Virus record (IMG/VR): IMGVR_UViG_3300044267_001940 | Location: 1 to 25,473 of that record | Strand: one strand, 5' to 3' | Origin: a virus | Taxonomy: Duplodnaviria > Caudoviricetes | DNA: 25,473 nucleotides | Part shown: positions 8,366-18,809 of the stretch, in pieces | Numbering within the stretch: the stretch's first letter is position 1 | How the letters are laid out: each line of letters begins with the position of its first letter | The notes under the pieces: generated by a model | What the model was told of the DNA's origin: nothing | Databases searched by the model: none | What the model saw: only the letters and a program-made list of their open reading frames with translations | Made by a program: the position numbers and the translations under genes

Positions 8366-9112
8366 ATGGCAATTAACGCAAATACTGTTTACCAAACTGT
8401 TTTGTTTATTTTAAACAAAGAGCAAAGAGGTTATATGACTCCAGCTGAATTTAATAGCTTAGCTACGCAAGTTCAACTAGAAATATTAGATAAGTACTTT
8501 GATGATTTAAATTTATTTTTAAGACAAGCTAATAACAGTACTGAATATGCTAATAAAGTTAAAACAGTTGAAGAAAAAATAGCTGTATTTGAAAGACAAA
8601 CTACAACTACTAATTTTGATTTAAATCAATTAACTAGATTTTATAAGTTAGGAACTGTAACATATGTAGGTACAAATGCTGCTGGTAATAATCCTTTTGG
8701 TCCAGAATACCCTACGGTTTTAGAAGAAATTACACAAGGAGAGTTTAACTTAATAAATAAATCTCCACTCACAAGACCTAGTGCTGCTTTTCCAGTATTC
8801 ACTATAAGAAATCACACATTATACGTTTCGCCTACTATAGCAGAAATTACTATAAACTACATAAGAAAACCCGCTGATGTTACTTGGGCTTATAGTGTAG
8901 GCTCTTTAGGTCAATACGTATATGAACCGACTAATACAGGAGCTGGTATTATTCCAACTACTGGATCTGTAGACTTTGAATTGTCAGAATTAGAACAAAC
9001 AGAAGTTACACTTAGAATACTACAATACGCTGGAGTTATAATAAGAGATCCACAAATAATACAAACTGCTTCTAGCCTAGTACAGCAAGATGATGCAATT
9101 GAAAAAACTTAA
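8366..9112 (+). CDS. Head-tail adaptor / tail ring protein (P22 gp4 or crAss ring-like, putative)
   Basis: 248 aa; helical N-terminus (VYQTVLFILNKEQRGYMTPAEFN), ITINYIRKP, helical C-terminus; position before the tail genes. Confidence 0.6.
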   Translation: MAINANTVYQTVLFILNKEQRGYMTPAEFNSLATQVQLEILDKYFDDLNLFLRQANNSTEYANKVKTVEEKIAVFERQTTTTNFDLNQLTRFYKLGTVTYVGTNAAGNNPFGPEYPTVLEEITQGEFNLINKSPLTRPSAAFPVFTIRNHTLYVSPTIAEITINYIRKPADVTWAYSVGSLGQYVYEPTNTGAGIIPTTGSVDFELSELEQTEVTLRILQYAGVIIRDPQIIQTASSLVQQDDAIEKT

Positions 9113-9115
9113 TAA

Positions 9116-10258
9116 ATGGGACTAATAACAGAAACTAATTACCAATATTACCAAGGAAGCCAATTGTATGTAGGTACTAACACACCTACTCAAGACTTAA
9201 CATGGACTGCTAATATAGTACTAAACGATGCTGATACTACTAGAATTGCTAACTATGTTGTAGAAACTAGAGCAGCTGGAGTAGTTGATTTTTCTTTATA
9301 TCCTTTAGCTAATTACTCTTTGATAAGTAGAAACGTAGTTAGATTAACTGTAGCTGTACCGGTTACTACTGAAATAAGAATTAGAGCTATAGATCAAGCT
9401 AAGTGGAATAACTACGGTGGTTATGAGTACGTAAGCTTAGATGAAATAATAACTAATTTTATGGCTATATATGTAGGTAGTGATAAAGTAATATCAAATG
9501 CTAGAAGATCTGATGTTATATTTCATGCTAAAAGAGGTTTACAAGAATTTAGCTATGATACTTTAAAATCTGTAAAATCACAAGAGCTAACTATACCTGC
9601 TAGCTTAACTTTACCTATACCACAAGACTATGTAAATTACGTACAATTATCTTGGATAGATACATCAGGTGTTAAGCATATTATATATCCAACTACATTG
9701 ACTAGTAATCCTACGCCTATAGTTCAAGACAGCGAAGGACTACCTACTCAAAATAGTAAAGGAAGTAATATAGAGTCAGCGCAAGCTTTTACTACAGAGA
9801 GATGGCATACTTTAGATCAAAAAGATTTAACAGGTCAGTTAGATATGGACAGTTCTAATGTTTATGATTTTGATTGGTGGAAACTAGCTTATGGAAGAAG
9901 ATATGGACTAGATCCTGAGACAACTCAAAAAAATGGTTGGTTTACTATAAATGAAAGAAAAGGTAGTTTTTCTTTTAGTAGTAACTTAAGAGACAGATTA
10001 ATAATAATAGATTATATATCTGATGGTTTAGCTTATGATGAGGATGTTAAAGTACCTAAGATGGCAGAAGAAGCTATGTATGCTCATATAATATATGCTA
10101 TTACTAGCGCTAAGTTAAATATACCAGAATATATTATACAAAGATACAAAAGAGACAGATCAGCTAAGTTAAGAAACGCTAAGATAAGATTATCTAATAT
10201 TAAATTAGAAGCATTTACTCAAGTAATGCGTGGTAAATCTAAATGGATTAAACATTAA
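9116..10258 (+). CDS. Second adaptor / tail ring structural protein (putative)
   Basis: 380 aa; LPIPQDYVNYV and IIDYISDG...KVPKMAEEAMYAHI segments typical of adaptor-type proteins; basic C-terminus. Confidence 0.55.
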   Translation: MGLITETNYQYYQGSQLYVGTNTPTQDLTWTANIVLNDADTTRIANYVVETRAAGVVDFSLYPLANYSLISRNVVRLTVAVPVTTEIRIRAIDQAKWNNYGGYEYVSLDEIITNFMAIYVGSDKVISNARRSDVIFHAKRGLQEFSYDTLKSVKSQELTIPASLTLPIPQDYVNYVQLSWIDTSGVKHIIYPTTLTSNPTPIVQDSEGLPTQNSKGSNIESAQAFTTERWHTLDQKDLTGQLDMDSSNVYDFDWWKLAYGRRYGLDPETTQKNGWFTINERKGSFSFSSNLRDRLIIIDYISDGLAYDEDVKVPKMAEEAMYAHIIYAITSAKLNIPEYIIQRYKRDRSAKLRNAKIRLSNIKLEAFTQVMRGKSKWIKH

Positions 10259-10260
10259 TT

Positions 10261-13200
10261 ATGCCAGAAACTAAAAATAACTTTATAAAAGCTAAGATGA
10301 ATCAAGATCTAGATGATAGATTGATTCCTCAAGGTGAATATAGAATAGGTCAAAATGTTACTATAAGTAGATCAGAGGGTGATGGTGTTGGAACATTTCA
10401 AAATATACTAGGTAATAATAGTTTATCAGACTTTGGGTTAACTGGAACTAAGTTAGAAATAATAGGATATTTAGTTGAAGAAATTAACAACATGCTATAT
10501 GTATTTATTACAAACTACAATGATTCTTCTCTAGATCAAATATCTAATAAAGCACCTAGCGATTCTAGTCATTATATATTACAGTATAATTTTACTACTA
10601 ATAGTTCTATAATTTTAGTACAAGGAAATTTTCTTAATTTCTCTAAAACGCACAGAATATATGGTGTTAATTTAATAGAAAATTTATTATTTTTTACAGA
10701 TGATAGAAATCAACCTAGAAAAATTAATGTAGATATTGCAGTTACTAATAGTTCATATTATAATAGTGAAGACAAAGTTTCAGTTGCTAAGTTTTATCCT
10801 TCAAATTCACCACAGTTTTATAAAGAAATAAAATTAAAAGCTACTAATTCGCAAACTGCTCCTGGTGGAACAGCATTAGTTTTGGATGTAAAAAGTACCG
10901 CAGCTGCTGAAGGTCTGTTTGTTGGTATGCCAGTATCTTTAACTCCTCAAGGAGGTACACTAGGTGAAAATATATATTTAACTAATGTGTCTAGTGTAAA
11001 TGGATCTGTAACATTAAGTGCTAATTGTACTTGGACAGCAAATGATGTTATAACATTTTCGCAATATGGTTTGAAAAACTGCGGTAATAAATATTTACCA
11101 CCAATACTTGAGTGTAATTTATCTGTAGTTGTCCAAAGTAGTGGTACTTATACTTTACAAAATGCCAATAGTGCGGCTCCTATATTAGATGGTTGGAACG
11201 CTGTATATAACGACTCTAAGCTTTATGTAGCTAATAGTGGGTCTTCTGCTCCTATAATAACAGAAGACGCAGAATATAAAATAGTAAATTATGCAGGAAG
11301 TGTTATAACAATAAAAGATTCAAATAACGCTGTGCCAGCTAATTTAGATGGAACTACAGTAAAAATATACAGAGAAAACCCAGATTATCAATCAGATTTT
11401 TCTGGGGATGCAGAATTTTTAAAAGATAAGTTTGTTAGATTTTCTTATAGATATAAATTTGATGATAATGAATATTCTTTAATAGCACCTTTTACTCAAA
11501 TAGCATTTACGCCTAAGCAATTTGGTAGTTTTGTTTTAAATGACGAAGAATTAGCTGCAAAAAGTTCTGTTGTAAATTTTTTTGAAAACAATATAGACTG
11601 TATTGATTTATTTATAAGAACCCCTTTTGAAGCTAATAGCGCAACTCCACCTGCTTACCCTACTTGGACAACAGCTTTTAATGATTTAAACATAAAAGAA
11701 GTAGAAATACTATGCAAGTTTGCAAATGAAACAAGTATAAAAGTTATAGATGTTTTAGACCAAACATTTGTAAATAATTTATCAAATAGTGGTAACGATT
11801 CTTACATTAAATACACATATAAATCCACAAAACCTATTAGAGTTTTACCAGAAAAAGATGTAACAAGAGTTTACGACAAAGTACCTATTAGAGCTTTAGC
11901 TCAAGAGGTATCTGGAAATAGGGTAATGTATGGTAACTATATTGACAAACACACTTCACCATTAAGCTTAGAATACAAACTAGCTGTAACAAAAAAAGTA
12001 GATATACCTTTGTCTCAAGATAAAAGAGTATTTAACAACCATACTTTAAAAGAAAATAGAAACTATCAAGTTGGTATAGTTTTATCAGATAGATACGGAA
12101 GGCAATCAGACGTTATATTGTCTAGTATACAAGGTTCTACTGAGGTTTCTGGTGATTCTTATGGAGCATCTACAATATATAATTCGTACTCTAACGCTGC
12201 TTCTTTTGCTGCTGCTGATATTTTAAATTTTACAGGTAAACAAATGCTTTTATATTTAGAAACTGCTATACCAGAAACAATATCACAACCAGGTTATCCA
12301 GGTTTATATAGTGCTAGCAATCCACTTGGGTGGTATACTTACAAAATAGTTGTTAAACAACAACAACAAGAATACTATAATGTTTATATACCTAGTTCTT
12401 ATAGAGAAGATACAGCTAACTACGATTATTTAAATAGTTATTTTTCTTTAGTAAATGATAATATAAATAAAGTTCCTAAAGATTTAGAAAATGTAGGGCC
12501 TGAAGAGAAAGAGTTTAGATCATCTGTAAATTTATTTCCAAGAGTAAATCCTACTACACAAGCGTTTAGTAATACTAATAGTTATTTTATAGAGCCATTA
12601 AGACAAAATGATGATATTAGTTCTATTATATACAACTCTCAACAATCTTTTGACGCTTCTGGCGTATTAATAAGTACAGGCTTAGAAGTAGATGTAACTA
12701 AATTATACAAAGGAAAAACTGCTACAATTGCTAATATTGTTAACAATAAGCTATTTGGTACAACCGACGCCAATAGTAATGTAGCTTCTTTTAATAATGT
12801 AGGTGTATATGAAACAGACCCTTTTGTGTCTAATTTAGATATATTTTATGAAACATCTACATCTGGTTTTATATCAGAATTAAATATATCTATAAATGAT
12901 GACAATTTAGGGCCAGTTTCATTAACAGCTGATACTTTAGATATATTTGAAAATTCTAGGCTATATGAAAAAGGAACAGGAACAGATGAAGAGCCGCAAT
13001 ATGGCCATGTAATATACACTATAGAGTTAAGAGATAAAGATAATATAGCTATACTAAGTACTAGTAACACCTGCACATTAGATACTGTTTTTTCAAGTTT
13101 AAATCCTTCAACGAACATTGCTAGTAAGTTTAAAATAACTAAACAAGTTAGTGGAAATCCAGCTGTAGCTACAGGTAGATTTAATGTTTGGGCTTTAGAT

Positions 13201-14463
13201 TATTTTTATTTTGGAAATGGTCAAAACTTTACGTTTAATATAACAGCTACAGCAAATAGTATAACTAATAGTACTTTAAGTTTTACTGGAGCTTTAAGTA
13301 ATGTTCAACCTCAGTATAACGAAGACACTAACAGCACTTCTACTGCTCCACCTACTACATTACCATACGCAATACCTACTATTGCCGAAAACTATAGAAA
13401 CTATAGTAGACAAACTAATGAAACACCTCCTTTATCTTTGAGACCTACTTATTATAGTGGTGCATTTGCCGGCAATAACACTGCTACTCAAGGTTTAGGT
13501 ACTAGAGGATCTTTACCTTATTTTTATAATACAGGTAGCTATTCTAATATTAGTAGTAAAACTATTGGACCTAACAATTTTATGGAACTAGATGATAGAG
13601 TTATAGGGCCACTACCGGGTGGGGCTACAACTTTTACTTTTGGTAAATTTGATAATTCAGCTGTTAATAATAGCTCATCTAGCACTGATAATTTTAGTAT
13701 ACTTTGGTCAGGTTATGCGGGGACTGGTGGTCCAATTAGTTTTGCAAGAAGCTTTTTATTTGGAGGTCAATCTATATCTAGTGTACCATCAAATTATCCT
13801 ACAGCGTTTCAAAGCAATGTTAATACTGTTATGAACTATTCTTTTAATGGTCCTAGTAGGTGGAGGTCTAGAATAGAGTATGTTCCTAATACTGGCGTGC
13901 AAGAGTCTTGGTCTGTCATGGAAGAAGGAAGAGATGTTTCAAGATTTATTAATATTAATGGTTTTATAGGCGCTATAAATGGCACATTAAATGAATCTCA
14001 AATTCAAAGCGATTTAGTATATTCATTTACTTCAGGATCTTATTTAAAACTACCCACAGCGTATGGCGCTGTAGCAGGCACTCCTGGTGATGGTATAGTA
14101 AGTTCTCCTTTTACAATAAATGGTTATTTTGGAGATGAATCTATTGATGGATCTTACGCGGATATAGACAACGCTTTAAGAGACTGTATATCTTTAACTT
14201 CTACTGGTAAACTAGTTATAAATGATAGCTTGTTATGGAATTATTTTAGTATTGGAGGATCAAAAGGAAATTTAATACCCAACAGTTATAATAACCAATT
14301 GCCTGATGGAACTACTTATAACTATGGATTGTTAATGAACGATAGAGTAGGCAACAATGATACTAACATGTATGGATTATTTTGGGTAGAACTTCCTATA
14401 ACAATAACGGATCAAGGTAATTTAACAACTGATATTATTCATACTATAATAATTTCTTTTTAA
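10261..14463 (+). CDS. Tail stabilisation/nozzle (muzzle) protein, N-terminal part, with inserted and C-terminal variable domains
   Basis: 1400 aa; N-terminal FIKAKMNQDLDDRLIPQGEYRIGQNV, LLFFTDDRNQPRKIN, RFSYRYKFDDNEYS, NRVMYGNY and YQVGIVLSDRYGRQS resemble P22 gp10 / crAss muzzle-like beta-propeller proteins. Confidence 0.65.
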   Translation: MPETKNNFIKAKMNQDLDDRLIPQGEYRIGQNVTISRSEGDGVGTFQNILGNNSLSDFGLTGTKLEIIGYLVEEINNMLYVFITNYNDSSLDQISNKAPSDSSHYILQYNFTTNSSIILVQGNFLNFSKTHRIYGVNLIENLLFFTDDRNQPRKINVDIAVTNSSYYNSEDKVSVAKFYPSNSPQFYKEIKLKATNSQTAPGGTALVLDVKSTAAAEGLFVGMPVSLTPQGGTLGENIYLTNVSSVNGSVTLSANCTWTANDVITFSQYGLKNCGNKYLPPILECNLSVVVQSSGTYTLQNANSAAPILDGWNAVYNDSKLYVANSGSSAPIITEDAEYKIVNYAGSVITIKDSNNAVPANLDGTTVKIYRENPDYQSDFSGDAEFLKDKFVRFSYRYKFDDNEYSLIAPFTQIAFTPKQFGSFVLNDEELAAKSSVVNFFENNIDCIDLFIRTPFEANSATPPAYPTWTTAFNDLNIKEVEILCKFANETSIKVIDVLDQTFVNNLSNSGNDSYIKYTYKSTKPIRVLPEKDVTRVYDKVPIRALAQEVSGNRVMYGNYIDKHTSPLSLEYKLAVTKKVDIPLSQDKRVFNNHTLKENRNYQVGIVLSDRYGRQSDVILSSIQGSTEVSGDSYGASTIYNSYSNAASFAAADILNFTGKQMLLYLETAIPETISQPGYPGLYSASNPLGWYTYKIVVKQQQQEYYNVYIPSSYREDTANYDYLNSYFSLVNDNINKVPKDLENVGPEEKEFRSSVNLFPRVNPTTQAFSNTNSYFIEPLRQNDDISSIIYNSQQSFDASGVLISTGLEVDVTKLYKGKTATIANIVNNKLFGTTDANSNVASFNNVGVYETDPFVSNLDIFYETSTSGFISELNISINDDNLGPVSLTADTLDIFENSRLYEKGTGTDEEPQYGHVIYTIELRDKDNIAILSTSNTCTLDTVFSSLNPSTNIASKFKITKQVSGNPAVATGRFNVWALDYFYFGNGQNFTFNITATANSITNSTLSFTGALSNVQPQYNEDTNSTSTAPPTTLPYAIPTIAENYRNYSRQTNETPPLSLRPTYYSGAFAGNNTATQGLGTRGSLPYFYNTGSYSNISSKTIGPNNFMELDDRVIGPLPGGATTFTFGKFDNSAVNNSSSSTDNFSILWSGYAGTGGPISFARSFLFGGQSISSVPSNYPTAFQSNVNTVMNYSFNGPSRWRSRIEYVPNTGVQESWSVMEEGRDVSRFININGFIGAINGTLNESQIQSDLVYSFTSGSYLKLPTAYGAVAGTPGDGIVSSPFTINGYFGDESIDGSYADIDNALRDCISLTSTGKLVINDSLLWNYFSIGGSKGNLIPNSYNNQLPDGTTYNYGLLMNDRVGNNDTNMYGLFWVELPITITDQGNLTTDIIHTIIISF

Positions 14464-14464
14464 T

Positions 14465-16213
14465 ATGGCAGCAAGAGTACCAATAAGTTATTACAATTCG
14501 TTTTGGATGAAAAGAACAGGGTCTATAATAGGAGCTAGCGCAGCTACTGGCTATAAACCTGTTTGGCCTGGTATATTTTGGTCACCTTATAATACTGGTG
14601 TTTTTCCAATAAATGCTAATACACTCTCTACAGAAATACAAGATCGTAACTGGTTTGTTGAAGAAGCTAGAATAAAAGGTGGATTTAATAATACTAGTGT
14701 TGATTTTGGAGTAAAAGCATATGTAAATGAAGATAATCCTGTACAGTTAAATAGATCAAATGCTATAATATATTCAGGTGTTTTTAATTCTAGAACTGGT
14801 TTTAATGAAACAAATGTGTTTTCAGTTGGAGAAACTATAAGTACCGCTTTAGATCCTAGTCATGGTTCTATACAAAGATTATATGCGTTAGATAATAACT
14901 TAACTATATTTCAAGAAAATAAAGTAAGTAAATCTTTAATAGATAAAGATGCTATATACTCTGCAGAAGGAGGTCAAACTCCAGTAAGCTCTTTAACTCA
15001 AGTGATAGGTCAAAACGTGCCTTATTTAGGCAACTATGGCATAAGTAAAAATCCAGAAAGTTTTGCTACATTTGGTTTCAGAAGATACTTTGCTGATAAG
15101 TATAGAGGTAAAGTTATGAGATTATCAAGAGATGGATTAAGTGAAATATCTGCAGTAGGTATGGAAGATTTTTTTAGAGATCAATCTGAATTAATAGAAG
15201 ATAATTTTAAAAGGTATAATGTAGTAACATCTAGTGGTACAGCACCTGGCTCTACTACAACTGTTGTTGTTACAGCAGCTAATATAGCAAATTTAGAATA
15301 TGGTATGACAGCTTCTATAGCTGGTTTAATTACTCAAGCTTTTATAACAGGTTTAAATACAACTACGAATACAGTTACATTATCTGAATCTGTTACAATA
15401 CCTACTTCAAATCCTCAAAAAACAGAAATAACTTTTTTTAAATTTGTTAAAGATACTATAGAAGGTGCTTGGGATGTTAGAGACAGGCAGTACACATTAT
15501 CTTACCAACAAGCCCCAACTGATATTGCTTTTACTGAAGAGTTTACATTTTTAAACGAGCCTTTAGCTATAAAAAATACTTCAACATTGTCTTTTGACGA
15601 GTCTATAAAAGGCTGGACTAGTTATTATACTTATAGACCTAATATTATTTTTAGTTCTAAAAACAACTTTTACTCGTTTAAAGACGCTAAAATATGGAAA
15701 CATTATGAAGAAACTGTGATTAATAATAGAGGAGTTTTTTATAACGTAGCTAATCCTTCTAGTGTAACTTTTGTTATTAACTCAAATCCTTCAATTAAAA
15801 AAGTTTTTCAAACTATTAACTATGAAGGCGATAGCGGCTTTCAGATAAATCACTTTAGATCTGACTTTCAAAGAGTCGATCCTGATGTGCCATTAACTTC
15901 TCCGCCATCTTATGTTAATAGTAATCAGTATCAAGATACAACACCTATTGTATATAGTTATGATCAAGGTTTGTATACTGACACTATAACTGGTCAACCT
16001 AAAAGAGCAGGTTTTAATAGAAAAGAAAACCTATATGTAGCTAACTTAATAAACAACAGTGTTGTTAGGCCAGAAGAAATAATATTTGGTAATGAAATAT
16101 CTGGTATAAAAGGATATTTTGCTACTGTAAAAATATCAACAGATAATTACACTAACGTAGGTGGTTTAAAAGAACTATGGAGTGTAGGTTCTAAATTTGT
16201 ACAATCATCTTAA
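14465..16213 (+). CDS. Tail stabilisation/nozzle protein, C-terminal part
   Basis: 582 aa; HGSIQRL, YGISKNPESFA, YFADKYRGKVMRLSRDGLSEIS, TLSFDESIKGWTSYY and KVFQTINYEG resemble the C-terminal half of that family. Confidence 0.65.
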   Translation: MAARVPISYYNSFWMKRTGSIIGASAATGYKPVWPGIFWSPYNTGVFPINANTLSTEIQDRNWFVEEARIKGGFNNTSVDFGVKAYVNEDNPVQLNRSNAIIYSGVFNSRTGFNETNVFSVGETISTALDPSHGSIQRLYALDNNLTIFQENKVSKSLIDKDAIYSAEGGQTPVSSLTQVIGQNVPYLGNYGISKNPESFATFGFRRYFADKYRGKVMRLSRDGLSEISAVGMEDFFRDQSELIEDNFKRYNVVTSSGTAPGSTTTVVVTAANIANLEYGMTASIAGLITQAFITGLNTTTNTVTLSESVTIPTSNPQKTEITFFKFVKDTIEGAWDVRDRQYTLSYQQAPTDIAFTEEFTFLNEPLAIKNTSTLSFDESIKGWTSYYTYRPNIIFSSKNNFYSFKDAKIWKHYEETVINNRGVFYNVANPSSVTFVINSNPSIKKVFQTINYEGDSGFQINHFRSDFQRVDPDVPLTSPPSYVNSNQYQDTTPIVYSYDQGLYTDTITGQPKRAGFNRKENLYVANLINNSVVRPEEIIFGNEISGIKGYFATVKISTDNYTNVGGLKELWSVGSKFVQSS

Positions 16214-16222
16214 AAATAAATT

Positions 16223-16918
16223 ATGCCAATACCTTTAATAATTCCTATACTAGCTGGTGTAGGTGCAGCAACTCAAATAACTAGTGGTATTATAGCAACA
16301 AGCAAAGCTAATAAAGCTAAGAATGACGCTAAAACTTTAGCTGATAATATAACTAAATTAGAAAACAATAGAACACCTATTATAAATCCTTATGAAGGAG
16401 CCGAAGATTTATCAAGTTCATTATCTAACCCTTATGCTAATTTAGGTGTAGCTACTCAAGCTGCTCAAATAGAAGCCGAAGAAGCAGATTTATCTTTAGC
16501 TAATACCTTAGACACTGTAAGAGCTGGGGGTTTTGGAGCTGGTGGTGCTACTGCTTTAGCTCAAGCTGCTGCTAGAAGTAAAAGAGGTATTGCAGCTGAT
16601 ATACAGAAACAAGAAGCTAATAATGAGCAATTAAAAGCACAAGGCGAACAAAATCTACAACAACAAATAATGAGTGAAAAAATAAGGATGCAAAATTTAG
16701 ATGCCGCTGGAAAACAGTTTGTATTCCAACAACAAGATGCTAGAGACATGCAGCAGCTAGATAGGGCTCAAGCGTTGTATGACAATCAACTAGCCCAACA
16801 AATGCAATACCAAGCTGATGCAACCGCTGCTTTTGCTGGTGCTGCTGGTAGCTTAACAAGCTTTGCTACAGGTACAGATTTTAGTGGTGGATTTTCTGAC
16901 TCACTTTTTAAATCATAA
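16223..16918 (+). CDS. Internal virion / ejection protein 1 (putative)
   Basis: 231 aa; hydrophobic Gly/Ala N-terminus (PLIIPILAGVGAATQITSGII), GGFGAGGATALAQAA, Gln-rich coiled coil. Confidence 0.6.
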   Translation: MPIPLIIPILAGVGAATQITSGIIATSKANKAKNDAKTLADNITKLENNRTPIINPYEGAEDLSSSLSNPYANLGVATQAAQIEAEEADLSLANTLDTVRAGGFGAGGATALAQAAARSKRGIAADIQKQEANNEQLKAQGEQNLQQQIMSEKIRMQNLDAAGKQFVFQQQDARDMQQLDRAQALYDNQLAQQMQYQADATAAFAGAAGSLTSFATGTDFSGGFSDSLFKS

Positions 16919-16921
16919 ACT

Positions 16922-18808
16922 ATGGGATCATATACACAACCAAGTCGAATATTAGACAAATCGCACTCAGTATTAAATGATGCTTTGGGTAAGATACAAA
17001 CTGATATAGCTACTAACTTAAAAAATAATAGAACTAGAGCTATAGAAGAACAAAAACTTTTAGAAAAGCAAAGAATAGAAAAACAAAAAGCTGATGTTAA
17101 AAGAGCAAAAGACAAAAGAACTTTAGAAAAACAACAAAGAAAAGCTGGTTTAAACGTGGTTCACTCAGTAAAAAATACTATGGTGGGTGAAGAAGAAGGC
17201 TATGCTAATGTTAGAGTAGGTGATGAAGTTATAAAAGTAAAAAAATCAAATGTAGATAAAGCTAGAGAACTTAGACAAAAAGCTTTAAAAGGCGAAGACA
17301 CTACTAAAGAGCTAGTTAAATTACAAGAAGAAACTAGCTTTGATGTAATGAGTGATTTAGACGAGCTAGATGATGACGACTTTGGAGGTATACAGTTTGG
17401 TATTGAAGAAGATTTAAAATATTTATATGGTGAATTAGCTAAATATGATCCTAATAGTGTTGAATACGAAACAGTATACGGAAACATAGAGCAAATATTA
17501 GATGAAGCACCTGTCTTAGTTGATTTAGTTAATAAAACTGTAGAAAGCAATAAAGGCGCTTGGAATTTAAATGGCGAATTACTTAATCCAGAAAGAGGCA
17601 TAAGTGGTATAGCATTGGATGACGGAGCTCCTGAATTTGATTTAAGATTAGAAGCTAGCAAACACATTATATTTGGAACTAAGCAAGGTAGGTTTAGTTT
17701 TGAATCTGTAGGTAATAAACAACCTGGGTTTAAAGGATCTTCTTATATATTGTATACTGCGGAAAACGGGAAACAACTTAAAATAGGTTATAACGAATAT
17801 AAAGAGCTTGTTGAAAATGGCGGCGGACTAATAGGCAGTACTGATGCTGATCCTTACGATAAAGGTATTAAGAAAATATGGGATCAAAATAAAAATGCTT
17901 ATAGTCAATTAAAAACTAAATCTACAAATAGTCTTACCAATGTGCAAGGTGATAGGAAAGTTACAGTTAGAACTATCGTACAAGATTTTGATAATGCTAA
18001 TGCTAATTTAGAAAAATCAATTACTGATTTTGTATATAACGGAGGTATGAATAATGTTGAAGGTAAAATACCTGGTTATAATTATGCTCAAAACTTTTGG
18101 CAAATGGCTGGTGGACCAGATGGATCAGAAGAAATGCGTAGATGGAGTAATACTAAAGAGCAAAAAGAAAGACTATCAAAGCTATTAATAGACGATGTGA
18201 AAAGAAAATATGCTTCTGAGACTAGTAGAACTACTTATGTTAATGACAGAGACGCAGGTGAAGCAAATGTTGATATTGTAAGCGATATAGTAAATAATAA
18301 TTCTATATTAGTTAATGAAGATATATCTAATAAATACTTTAAAGGTAAAAGTAAAATTGGAAATAATGAGCAAGCTAATTATGGTTATCAAGATATTTAC
18401 GATAATTACAATACTCTCTCTGATCAAGGATTTAGAGGTGCTGCAGAAGTACTTACTGATATTAGCGCAAAAAACGAAAGAACTCCTAGAAAATGGAAGG
18501 GCGGAACAGTTTTACAGCAAGAGCTTATAAAGTCTAAAGGTTATAAAATAGAAGACGAAGATGGTAATGCTTTACAAGATGTAGATCCTACTAAACTCTA
18601 TGTAGAAACTGCAGGTGGCTATCAAGAATTAGACATAGACAGCTTTGAAGACTTAATGAATCAAGTTAGGCCAGCAGCTGGAATAACTCCTACTAATCAT
18701 AAAAAAGCTATGGGCAAAGTAAATATGGATGTTAAATTAAAAGATACAGCTCAAGAAACTAATACAAATAAATTTAATCCAATAGAAACAGCAAATCAAT
18801 TATCATAA
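16922..18808 (+). CDS. Internal virion / ejection protein 2 (putative)
   Basis: 628 aa; charged N-terminal coiled coil; lies between the small ejection gene and the giant gene. Confidence 0.5.
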   Translation: MGSYTQPSRILDKSHSVLNDALGKIQTDIATNLKNNRTRAIEEQKLLEKQRIEKQKADVKRAKDKRTLEKQQRKAGLNVVHSVKNTMVGEEEGYANVRVGDEVIKVKKSNVDKARELRQKALKGEDTTKELVKLQEETSFDVMSDLDELDDDDFGGIQFGIEEDLKYLYGELAKYDPNSVEYETVYGNIEQILDEAPVLVDLVNKTVESNKGAWNLNGELLNPERGISGIALDDGAPEFDLRLEASKHIIFGTKQGRFSFESVGNKQPGFKGSSYILYTAENGKQLKIGYNEYKELVENGGGLIGSTDADPYDKGIKKIWDQNKNAYSQLKTKSTNSLTNVQGDRKVTVRTIVQDFDNANANLEKSITDFVYNGGMNNVEGKIPGYNYAQNFWQMAGGPDGSEEMRRWSNTKEQKERLSKLLIDDVKRKYASETSRTTYVNDRDAGEANVDIVSDIVNNNSILVNEDISNKYFKGKSKIGNNEQANYGYQDIYDNYNTLSDQGFRGAAEVLTDISAKNERTPRKWKGGTVLQQELIKSKGYKIEDEDGNALQDVDPTKLYVETAGGYQELDIDSFEDLMNQVRPAAGITPTNHKKAMGKVNMDVKLKDTAQETNTNKFNPIETANQLS

Positions 18809-18809
18809 T

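Noticed and set aside
7292-18530. Alternative-frame + strand ORFs 7292-7477, 13619-13834 and 18315-18530
   Set aside because: Leu/Ile-rich by-products of NCT/NAT codon runs in the main genes, with weak starts and no evident codon anomaly.
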